Source of the DNA: Rhizophagus irregularis
Lineage: Eukaryota
Reading direction: 5' to 3'
Assembly (NCBI RefSeq): GCF_026210795.1
Contig: NC_089436.1
Coordinates: 2,046,001 to 2,110,000 of the forward strand
Length of the DNA stretch: 64,000 bases
Part shown: one piece after another, positions 52,829 to 64,000 of the stretch
Layout: each line of letters starts with the position of its first letter
Position numbering within the stretch: the stretch's first letter is position 1
Notes under the pieces: generated by a model
The model's input: only the letters and a program-made list of their open reading frames with translations
Told to the model about the DNA's origin: nothing
Database searches by the model: none
Translations under genes and position numbers: made by a program

Positions 52829-55800
52829 TTCAGAATTTAAAAGTTTATACGTAAGCTTTGTAAGTAACCTTATAGCCGAGATCCTCTTAAACTAAATTCA
52901 AAAAGCGCGTTCGACAACATCTACTTTTAAAAAAAAGGCTTTTTTTGATCTGTAACTAAATAGCATTTCTTATTAGCCAGCCAATAATTTTTTTATTGTG
53001 TATGAAACTTCAGTTATTTGACGATTTTTATATGAAATCGGTGATGTAATATGTAGATCATTACTAATTAAAAAATTTGATCATCATGTGACTGGATTTG
53101 TCCGGTGATTGATAATTGACGGCTAATCTGATTGATAATAGATAATTTTTTTTTCAATTTTTTGACTTTTAACAGACCATTTTATTGAAAGAAAAAAATA
53201 AAATAATTTTTTTTGGTCTGTAACAAACCATTTTATTCAATAAAATTTTTTTTTTTGGCCTTTACTGTTATATTTTTTTAACAACAGGCCATTTTATTAA
53301 AAAAAAATATTTGGTTTAGAATGTTATTAATATTCCTTTTTATTATTTTTTTTTAAAAGCAACTTCTTAAATCTAAAATTTATTATTTTAGATACCAATA
53401 TCTTGGAAAAATATGAGTTAAGAGAAAAGTATAGTCAATTTTTTTTGGGAATATTACCATACTAATATTCCTTTTACTTTTTTCTTAGGAACTTGGAATT
53501 CAGACTGGAACTCCAATGCTCACTGTAAGTAAAGAATTTTTTAGCTTTATTTTGTTTATTTTAGAAGTATTATTAACATTTCTATTGTTTTTTCTATTAG
53601 AAATAGTTTTTAGATTAAAACTAAACTGAAATTTTTAGTAAGTTGAGAATAGGGTGGAATTTTTTTTGTTTTATATGTGAAAGTAGTATTAATATTTTTT
53701 TTCTTTAGAAATAGAATCTTCTTTTAGAAATGATTTTATAAATTATATTCTAAGTTTTTGTTATAATTTATAAAAAAATAATGAACAATCTTTTTGTTTT
53801 AGTGTTAATACTTGAATTATCAAATAATTAAATATAGTAGTATAAATAAATACGTCAGTATAAATTAATTTATGCAATTTGGCATTATGCTAGCAATTGA
53901 AAATCAATTATACTGGAAGTATATTCTAAATACAACTAATTAAATTAAAAAAAAAGCCATGATTTCATTTTTTTAATATACAAATGTCATAAAAAAAATT
54001 TGCTTATTCTAATATAAATTATAAAGTCAGAAGTCAACTTTGCATATTGATCTTGGTAAAAACATTTGCTTATTTTAAGGTAAAATTTTGCCAATTATCT
54101 CTGACTTTTATATGTATTTTTCGGGGTCCTACTATTTTATATCAATTAAACTTTGCTGTATTATCTTGTATAATTACATCATAATATTTAGACTAAAGTT
54201 CATTATACTGCTAACTAGTCATTCAAAAAAGACTAGTAAATTCATTGGTTAGTCCTTTTAATCATAAAATAATAATTTGGATCTTCTTCATATAACTTTA
54301 TAAAATATGAAAGTATTACAACTACATCAGATTCATTATGAACTTGAATATTTTAAAATTTTTGGATTGTATAGTCAACTTTCTTTATAGTCATACATTT
54401 GGAACAATTCATATTTGATAATTCAGTCTGGGATTTTACCATAAATAGAATCATTTTTAAGCATTTTGATTGGTAGCAATCTTACCATTTTTGTATATGC
54501 CGATCAAAGAATGTTGATCAGAATATTCTATATTTTATTGATTAATTTTAGCATCGTATATTCGATACTTTAATCGTTTGAAATAATAAAACTTAGATAA
54601 TTTTATTATTTTTTTCTAATTTATTTCTGGATTTGAAAAATATATTTTTTTTGCCTAAACTACATCTATATTATCTAATTCATATATTTTGCAAATTTCG
54701 TACCTCTTGTAATATGGTTAGCAATTTACTTTTCTTTTTAGATCCTATTCCATTCACTCATTTGTTCTAAAAGAGATTCTACTTTATGCAAAATCTCTAT
54801 TTGTGTCATTTGGATTTATCTGCCTGCACCATTGCTTCTTATTGAGTTATTGGAATAGGCCGAAATGAAGGAACTGAACTTTTTTGTAAAACACTTCAAT
54901 AAATCAATAATATATTCTTGTTTGCCTTTTTTGCCAAATTACTAAAATTTTTCAACTGGTCACTCAATTTACTATCTTCACCTATATTTTTAAAATCTGT
55001 TTTTGTCTTCATTAGATTAAGAAAATTAAGCTTTCTTAAATAAACCCAAAATCTTTGACATTCTGTAATTGATTTAGGATGAGTTCTTGAAGAATTTGTT
55101 TGAATGTCATTATATCTAATTATTTTAAAGAAATAATTTAATTATAATGTTTTTCACATAAAGAATATGATTTTAAAGATGTTTGAAGGTATAAGTTCTG
55201 GAATAAAAGTATAATGAAGAAGGAGACAGCTAAATACTACTTTAGTATACGCATGTTGCCATACTTGTAATGGTTTTGTCTCATATATTCTCAAACCTTT
55301 TTACTCATATGTGATTACTAAATTGTGAAAAGACAAAGCAGCTCTTTATCATATGCCTTTTTGCATGTTGTCACTACAATAAAATTAAGAAAAAAGTTAA
55401 AATAAAAATAAAAAAAAAATGGCAATGAAACTCAAAAAAAATTCATTTAAATTGAAAATATGTCATTTTATAGTCATTTTATGGTCTTCATACTTTTTTG
55501 AAAGAGAGTTAATTATGAAAAAATATTCACTGATTATGAAAATACATACTTTTTATGACATATTTTTATAATTACGTTTTGCAGTTTCAAAGAATATATT
55601 GTGAGAAATTTTTTCATCAAATCACGTTAATATGATAAAATTAAATGTTGGTGTAATTGCCGATCATTCTAAAATCATTCCAGAACGTGATCTATTACAC
55701 AATCCAATTTTGAAAATATCCCGAACTGTAATTATAAAGAGATGAGATTATATAAAAAATTTCTTATATTTGTATATTATAATTCTGGCCAAAAATTAAT

Positions 55801-55839
55801 ATAATTTTAATCAGAATTATGCTTAAAACTTATTGTATC

Positions 55840-56440
55840 ATAACACCGCCAATATTAATCATAAAGAGATAATCTTACTGCCATTCAATTTGTCTTGATG
55901 AGACGGTTCTAATGGTATAAAATATATTAAAATCCAATCACTAGATTAATTTCTGAAATTAAAAAATATTAATGGTTTTGTGTAATAATTCTGCCAATAT
56001 TAATCTTATAGAGACAATCTTACTACCATTCAATTCGTCTTGATAAGATGAATCTGATGGTATAAAATTTATCATCAAAATCCAATCACTAAATAAATTT
56101 CTGAAATTAAAAAATATTAAATAGTTTTTAAGTAATAACTCTGTCAATATTAATCACAGAGAGATGAGCTTACCACCATTCGATTCATCTTGATGAGGCA
56201 ATTCTAACGAGCTATTAATCATCTTTTTACAATCACTAGGTACCAAGAAATTTAGCAAAATGTTAAATGGTGCAGTAAACGTAAATCAAGAAATATGATA
56301 ATGCTGATGTTAAACATTTTGTTAAATAACTTATCAGCCAATGATTGTAAAAGGATAAAACTACCACCATTCGATTTGTCTCAGTGAGATGATTCTAACA
56401 AGCTATGGTACATCTTTGTACGATCATTAGATGCCAAGTT
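55840..56440. repeat. Tandem array of about five degenerate ~120-140 bp palindromic modules
   Basis: Recurring CTTACTACCATTC(A/G)ATT(C/T)GTCTT/CTC...GAGA(C/T)G...TCTAA(T/C)G core followed by CAATCACTAG. Confidence 0.75.
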
Positions 56441-56565
56441 ATTTAATATATTTTTTATATAACTGTGATTATACTAAATGGTTCTTTTTAATATAAGATT
56501 TTTGAGAATAGATGTGATAGTGACTATAGATAGATTGTGACTATATAGGATAGATTTTAATAATA

Positions 56566-56762
56566 CAGTGACACCTCTCTAAATGCACCCTCCTTGGGAC
56601 CATAGTAAAAAAATAGTAGAATTTGCACTTAAAGAGGGTGTGCATTTATAGAGAGTAAAATATTAAGAGCTCTTATAAGTTAGGACCAGGTCCACCGTGC
56701 ACTTAAAGAGAATTTATATAGTGCGTGCATTTATAGAGGGTGCACTTATAGAGGTGTCGCTG
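56566..56762. mobile_element. Tc1/mariner-type MITE (197 bp) with TA TSD
   Basis: TA|CAGTGACACCTCTCTAAATGCACCCTC ... GAGGGTGCACTTATAGAGGTGTCGCTG|TA. Confidence 0.88.
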
Positions 56763-58729
56763 TAAAGTGTTTTGAACATTCAACTGGTATAGTTATATAG
56801 TAGAATGTAAGCTATAACGAGTATTTATGAGGGAGTTGACTGTATTATCATCAATAGGTAAACTGTTAATTTTGTTTGATATATCTAAAAGTATTCCATT
56901 CTATCTGCATTTTCTAATATAGTCTGACTTCAACTACAAATTTTTAATGGTATTTTATTTAGGTCATATGGACATATTCTTGGAATAGATTTATTAGTCT
57001 ATTATAAATCAAATTAACATATGTTTTAAAATTAGTATATGGTCTAAATTATCAGTTTATTTTAATAATATCTTAAAACTGAATAATTGATACTTTTCTT
57101 ATATAATTAATTATGCTAATTTAGGACATATGTTGATTTGGTTATAATAAATCTAACTAATTAATGATTCAGGTAAGAGGTGTGTCAATAATATATTAAA
57201 TTATTAAGTCTAACCAATTGTCTCATATGGAAGGGTATATCAAATTCCAAAAATGCGCCCATATGTTAAAGTTTTTCTAAAAAAAAACTTTTATCTAAAA
57301 TTTGACTAGTAATCCAAACAGGATGGTTACAACTTACAAAATCAAAAATTGATATAAAAATTGAATAGATAGATTTGAAATAGATTAAAGTGTAAATATT
57401 AAATAGAAAAAAAAGAAAGTAATATGGCTTTATATGCTAGAAAATATAGAGATTTCATGGGTAAATATTAAATTATCATATCATAATAATAACAACAATA
57501 TAAAACAATATGAAATTGATATATAAAATTTATCATGTATAATAAACATTATATGTTAAATAAAAAAATTATAAAATAAACAAATGATTATATAATCTTA
57601 AATGTAGCTAGTGATGATTACTGCAAGTGATACATAGTATTTTTCTTATTTTTATATTTTCATTTCTCTTTATTTTCATTTCTTTTTCTTACAATTTTCC
57701 CCTTTTTAATTTCTCTTTTTTTTTGTTTTTGTTTATTTCTTTTTTGTTCTCCCTTTTATTTTCTTTTATTTTCTTTTATTTTATCTTTGTTTTCTATAAT
57801 TTTTTGTCTTATTTTATCATTTATACTATTATTATTACTAGTTATCCCTTAAACTGTTTTGCAGCCAAATTTGCCTGCAATTTTGTTTTTTAATTAAAGA
57901 CACTTTTAAATACCTTAAAATATTTTATTATATAAACCAATATTTTTATAATAAATTCTATAGTATTTTCTAAGTAAAATTGAAAAAAAAGTTCAATTTG
58001 ATTAATGATTTTTTAAAAGTAAATGATTGACAAATTATAACAAATAGTAGCTAAATTTTTTAAATTGAAATATCTTTTTATCCATTAACCCTAGAAATAT
58101 AAAATTACCACCATTTGATGCGTCTTAATGAGAAGAATCTGATAGAAATAAAATTATCCTTCTACAAATATTATATGACAGGATAACTTATAAAATCTAA
58201 AAATTTATAGATTAATATAACTTTTTATTTATCAATTTTAGAGTTATGATTTTATTACCATTAAATGCGCCTTAATAAGAGGAATCTAACAAATATAATT
58301 TCATCTTTCTATGATCACTAGATCTTAAGATATTTTAAAAATTCTAAAATTTTTAAAATTAATTTTAGCCCTTACAGTTTAAGGAATAATATAATATTTT
58401 TTTTAACTATTAAAGTTAAAAAAATTAGTAAATTAAAAAAAAATATTTATCATATAATAGGAATGAGTAATAATATTTTTTATCTGGAATAAAGCTCATA
58501 TTAAAATTAGGAAATAAATTATTATTATTAAACTTTTTTTATTAAAATAAATAAATTTGTTATTATTAGTAATATAATAATAAAGAAGCAAATAGCTAAG
58601 ATTAAATAATTAAAAGTTACTAGAATTATAAATAAAATTAAAAAATTTAAAAATTTTAAATACTATATTTTTTTCAATATTAAATACCAAAGAAATCATA
58701 TTGTTAATTTTATAAATTACTAATAAATA

Positions 58730-58948
58730 CAGTGTTTGACAAATGACTTGAAATGATCAAATGATTCAAATGACAAATGACCTTGGTCATTTGAATGTAA
58801 TTTTGGCCAGCATTATGATTTTTGCCTACACTACATTCATTATTTTTTAATTATAGTCACATGATTATTTATGTGATAAATATTAGCCAATCAAAATCAA
58901 ATGATTGAGATAATATTGACAAATTGATTTGGTCATTTCCGAACAATG
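58730..58948. mobile_element. Degenerate MITE with AAATGA(C/T) subterminal repeats
   Basis: CAGTGTTTGACAAATGAC ... GTCATTTCCGAACAATG imperfect TIR. Confidence 0.5.
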
Positions 58949-58974
58949 TTAATAAAATACAATCCTTTTTTAAA

Positions 58975-60289
58975 TTATTCAAAAGGAATAAGCCAAAACA
59001 TTTTATATTCTTGAGAATAATTATTAAATTCATTTAACATCCAATTATTATTAATCTAAAAAAAAGAATTTAGTTAAAAATAAAATACATTATAAATGTA
59101 AAATCAACTATGATTCAAACATACCCAAATAACTTTCATTTTACCAAATTTATTGGCAATATCAAAAAATGCAGATTCACCTAAACCACGATCTTTATAA
59201 ATTCCCAATACCAAAGTTTTTCTTTTCCCTTTCTTTTCTTTAAAATTATCAGTAATGGGACAACTAAAATATTTTATCATTTTAATTAGTGGTTTATAAA
59301 AATGAGGTAAATAAAATATTTCAGATGCTAGAATAATATCAAATGGAAATAAATGTGGAAAATCTTGTGGTAATTCTTCCCTATTTATCAAAAAAGAGAC
59401 ATTAAAATTAAAAAAATTAATCATTTCTATTATGAAAAAATAATTATTACATACCAATTTAACGGATATACAGCAATATTTTCGCTGCGTAAATTAATTT
59501 CTAATTTTTCGTGTTTAACTTTTAAATCACTTTCATTTTTCAGATTAGATTCTAATTTAAATCGTTCTTTTTGTTGATTTAATATTGATTTAACATTTGA
59601 CTCGATATTTAATTTTGTATGTTCAAATTCTTCACCAGGTAACTCACTACATACAACATATCCGCCTAAGTATTAACGGAAGAAAATATATGTTAAAATT
59701 TTTTAGAAAAATATAAATATTCTTTTTTTTTAGCTATAAATTACCCAAAATCCAAGCAGATAGTCCAACAAGACCACACCCTGAACCCAATTCTAAAAAT
59801 CGTATCTTCTGTGGCGCAGTATCGTTAAACTCGAGAATATTTTCTCGAAAGGTAAAGTCATTAAGTAGATGATATAAAATATATTTACTTAGTACATATG
59901 CCTTTGAATTATGTATATATTATATATTTTATGATAAATAAATAATAAGTAAATAAGTAAAAATTAGAAATCAAAGAAATTAAATTGACTTACACCATCC
60001 CATACTAAATTTCCAGTATTTTGTGTAATCTTGACAATTTTATCTAATTTTTGATGTATTCGAACTGTAAGAATTAAAAATGAATGACAAGTTAGAGTAA
60101 TGAAAATAAATAAAATATGATTTTTGTTTTTATTTATTTACGTGTATATCCATTTAATAAAAAAATTCTTTCAGGGTCATGTTTGTAATTCGCATAAGGA
60201 TTATCATATTTCCAAAGTACAATTTCTGTTGAAGTGTTCTTAGTGGAAGTAGAACTGGACAAATGTTGCGGATGAGAAATATCGGACAT
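58975..60289 (-). CDS. METTL21/EEF1AKMT-like SAM-dependent protein-lysine methyltransferase (Methyltransf_16 family)
   Basis: NTGNLVWDG|AYVLSKYI, FLELGSGCGLVGL, YPLNW, FDIILASEIFY; multi-exon; stop at 58975-58977. Confidence 0.88.
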
Positions 60290-61295
60290 TTTTCGAAGAA
60301 AGGAAAAAAAAATTTTCAGTTTTTTCAGCCACTGTACTTGATTATATATTGAATAATATTTTGATGAGCTGATTTAACTAGTCTATAATGCAATTTCTTT
60401 TTTCATAATTTCTACTGAAATTTTTGTTAGTCTTTGGAACGGATTTTTAGTTACTGTGTAATTAAGTTCTACTACTTTTGAAATGTCATACATGTGACTG
60501 CATCATTATTGACGTAATACATATTCTTCATATAAAATTGTCTTTTTTTTTTGTACAATCTAAAAGTATAACGTCGGTTGCGTTCAAAAGATTCCAAGAA
60601 ACATATTTTTGATTGAACAAAGTTGAAATTATCCTTTACTGGAAGCCCCGATTTTAGATCAATCCAGAAAAGTCCATTCCATGGTATGATCGTTGAAGAT
60701 CGCCAAATCACATGAAATGCAATCTTTCTGTATTATCGGAAAATCTCCGGAAACTAGAACCAGTTCAGTAAATTTATAAATTTTTTTTTAGTATTTCCTT
60801 TGCTCAATCGATGTTTCTTGAATAACTAACTTCTATCATAATAATTATTGCATTAATCGGAATGGATTCAATCATTACGTATAAGCATGTGAAGGTGCAT
60901 ATTAATTTTATTGGCTTCGAGTATCGATAAACCGTCCACAGATCGCCTACATTGCTGTGAAACCCGGTCAACCCAGCCAAAAGTGGGGTACATCATTCTT
61001 GTATAGTCAAATTTTTGGTGACATCACCAAAGCTTCCATATTAAGTTTGTTAGTTTATTCTCTGTGTAATATATATTGTACATCTCAGCCATTCTTGGTT
61101 TTTAATCACCTTTTTCAGTATTTTTTTTTCGTAGACTATAACAAAAAACTATGGTAAATTCTGCCAAAAGAACTGTAAAAAAAAGTTGATAAAATCCACT
61201 GTTAAAAGTTGTCGAAATAGATAATAATAAAATCGGTAATAATATCAACCTAATTATTGAACCTCAACGAGACAAAACGACAGCATCTAAGAAAT

Positions 61296-62567
61296 ATGAC
61301 AACACGTAGTTCAAAAGGAGGAGGCCGTGGTAAACGTTCAACTAACACGCCTGTTCGTTCATCACCTCGAATTGTACGAAGATCTTCGTCTTATCCAAAC
61401 TCTGTAAACCGCCACTTTGTCAACGGAATCCCCATCTTGGAAATTACACTCAGATTCGACGAAGACGAATATGATGTTTGGCGAAGACAAGATACTGATG
61501 AAGTAAATCTTCATTATTTGTTACGTATCAAATATCCTCGAGACGAAGACGAGCAAGCTTGGCATGATGAGCTAGAAAGACTTAAGAAAGAAGTGAGCGA
61601 TGTCAGAATTATTGAAGAAGGCTGGTTTGAAGGTGTTTGGTAATTATTTACTTATTTATTTATTTATTTCTTTTTTTATCTTTTTTTTATTTTCATTTCA
61701 AGTTTATCATTAACTTATTTATTAATAACTTAACAAACCTAATAAACAGGGTTCCACTTGAAAAAGGTACAACATTTTATTAGTGCAATTTTAATTATGA
61801 AAATCTCTAGCCTCATCATTAATTCATTATATCATAATTTATTGTGTATTATACATAATTCGATGAAATTTTAGCAAAAGATATTGCCCATAGATATAAT
61901 ATTTATGAACATGTTGCTGCTCTGCTGGATTCAGAAAATAGTTGGTTTGATACACCAAAAAAGCAAAGTGCAAAAGTCAAGGTATGTTAATTTTTTTGAA
62001 ATTATTCAGATTCATCAATGACTTCGATAAGTATATGAGAGATTATTAAAAGAAGGTACTTTAAATATGATGGATTTAATTTAGAGCGAACGTGCAATGA
62101 ATCAAATGAATTCAATGTTAAATTCTATGCCCGAAATGTCGGCAGAAACCACAAACGGTACTTCTAATAGTACTCGTTCAATGAATTATGGTATACCAAA
62201 TGGAACTGTCAAGTCGGATAACGAGAGCAAGTCTAGTAAAAGACGAACATCTGAAAGAATTAAAGCTAAATCTCAGTCCAGTCAAGAACCATCACCATCT
62301 GCCACATCAACGAAACGTCTCAGAGAAATTGAGAATGAGCGGGATGTGAAAGAAGAAGTTCAAAATCTCAAGCGCAAATTGGATGAAACAGAAGAATACT
62401 TGAACTATGACGTAAATAGTAATAAGAGACGTGCTATTTGGGCAGGAATTGGTGCAGCCGTAGGTGCAGGAATTACAGCATTAGCCCTTCATAATATGGG
62501 TATAGGATTGTCTGATATAGCATCCGGGATCTCTGATTTCTCATCTAAGTTCGCAGAAATGTTTTGA
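61296..62567 (+). CDS. bqt4: APSES/KilA-N domain protein with C-terminal transmembrane helix (Bqt4-like)
   Basis: VWRRQDTDEVNLHYLLRIKYP...FEGVW|VPLEK|AKDIAHRYNIYEHVAALLD resembles APSES; coiled coil followed by KRRAIWAGIGAAVGAGITALAL TM, the same architecture as fission-yeast Bqt4. Confidence 0.7.
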
Positions 62568-64000
62568 TTAAAAGTTTTGTCTCGATTAAAATTTATAGGC
62601 GTAAAAAAAAAAATGTTCGGTTATTCTCATTATTAATTCAAAATTTTTATAATATCTTGATATTCCGAATGTTCCTCTTCAATTGACTGATCAATATTCT
62701 TTTTTACTTCTAGATGTTAGATTTTTGAAGGAGGGAATAAATTTTTTTTACGTATTGATTATATTGAACTTATTTGCATATATCGAAGGATTGCTGTTCA
62801 TAAACTAGAGATATAAAATGATGTCAAATAACAAAGTAGACATTTCATTTTGCAAATTTTGTATATTTTTTTTATATATCTTCTTTTTTTTTTGCTTATA
62901 TCTCTTTTTTCTTTGATACATCAATCATATATTAATACATCATCAGTAATCTTAAAAATCATTTATTTACGTGAACGTTTTTATATACTAAAAAATTATT
63001 TAATATTCATTAATATCTTCCGTTTAACGAACAAAAATACAGTTATTATAGTAATTTTTGAAAATTTCCGATATATAATATATATATAAAATTTTTTTTT
63101 AAAATTACATTATTTTTTTTTCTATTTTGGTCTGGTATCAAATTGATTTTGTAATTGATTTTGTATTATATTGGATTTTGTTGGGTATTTTCGAATATAG
63201 AATTGTTTTTTGATCAAAATATATTATTAAAAAAAAAAATAGATTTGATCAATAACTTTTTTTTGGTTTTTTTTCTGATGATGATTTTCGATGATTATAC
63301 CTTGTTAAAAATTATATGCATATATAAAACATTGATTTGCTCCGGAGTTACCGCAGTAACGCATCTCCGGACTCATAAAAATTCGATAAATATACATAAA
63401 AGATAATTCAACCAGAATATTGAAAAGTAGTAATAAACTATTATTAGATTAAAACAAATAAAATCAGATTATTAATCAGTAATTACTTCAAAACCCGTCG
63501 AATATAACCAAATTGAAATTAATTTATCGTCTAATTCTTACGTTAAATTTTGTTTACGTAACGTATTGCTGAAATCCAAATTATTGAATTCTAAACCCGA
63601 AATACAAATTGTTGGATTTATTGTAATGCAAATACTTGAATTTTTTTTTCAATTCACAAACTTACATAAATTTACAGTATAAATTTTTATATCTCTTATT
63701 CAATTCATATAAATACTATTTAATGAAATTATATGATGCAATTAATATTAATATTAATATTTAGTTAATTGAAACCTTCAATATCAATATCATATTCATA
63801 AATGAAATTAAAATTTTATAAGGGGGTATTTTTTTAGATGTTGGTACTGTAAAAGTGGACATATTGCTACTACCATGTTAGAAAATCTATGAATTCAAGT
63901 AAAATTGAAAATTGACTGGAAGCAAAATAACATTTTTGTATTACTAGAATTATTTCAATTATTCAATTTCAGATAAACTTGTATTAGAAAATTAAAAAAG

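Larger units (their letters stand above)
48470..54130. mobile_element. 5.66 kb TIR DNA transposon, Academ-like
   Basis: TIR AGGACCCCGAAAAATACATATAAA at both ends; flanking duplication ACTATTTT (8 bp), or TACTATTTTA (10 bp) if the termini are GG...CC; internal disrupted transposase on the minus strand. Confidence 0.88.

Noticed and set aside
54140..55380. Second decayed coding-like segment flanking the transposon
   Set aside because: No frame long or conserved enough to call.
57627..57893. Phe-rich ORF (also 40125, 40634, 40647, 62850, 63155)
   Set aside because: Products of T-rich low-complexity or homopolymer DNA, not genes.
63341..63371. Isolated GC hairpin TCCGGAG...CTCCGGA
   Set aside because: Single short hairpin with no CTRR Helitron end or other supporting context.

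Overview
AT-rich eukaryotic genomic DNA with many short GT-AG and several GC-AG introns. Gene content, composition and repeat types suggest an early-diverging fungus, most likely an arbuscular mycorrhizal fungus (Glomeromycota); this is inference. The gene-dense block (~2.6-39.8 kb) holds tRNA-Arg(ACG), RMI1, an aromatic L-amino-acid decarboxylase, an unknown twice-repeated Cys/His protein, xanthine dehydrogenase, NC2-alpha/DRAP1, an aldo-keto reductase, DRG1, an IMPACT-domain/ERCC1 fusion, PA2G4/Cdb4, syntaxin-18/Ufe1, pseudouridine-5'-phosphate glycosidase, a 7x winged-helix-repeat plus degenerate P-loop ATPase protein, POT1 and an SRA-domain protein. A repeat-rich block (~40-59 kb) contains MITEs, a 1.2 kb palindromic hAT-type element, a 5.66 kb TIR transposon with a decayed Academ-like transposase, and about 19 copies of one palindromic module. 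The window ends with a METTL21-like methyltransferase and a Bqt4-like APSES/transmembrane gene. The most notable items are the IMPACT-ERCC1 fusion, a ~0.9 kb unexplained minus-strand structured RNA candidate between XDH and DRAP1, the winged-helix pseudo-ATPase, and the SRA protein with a CDCA7-like helix. Exon boundaries were inferred by eye and are approximate where stated.
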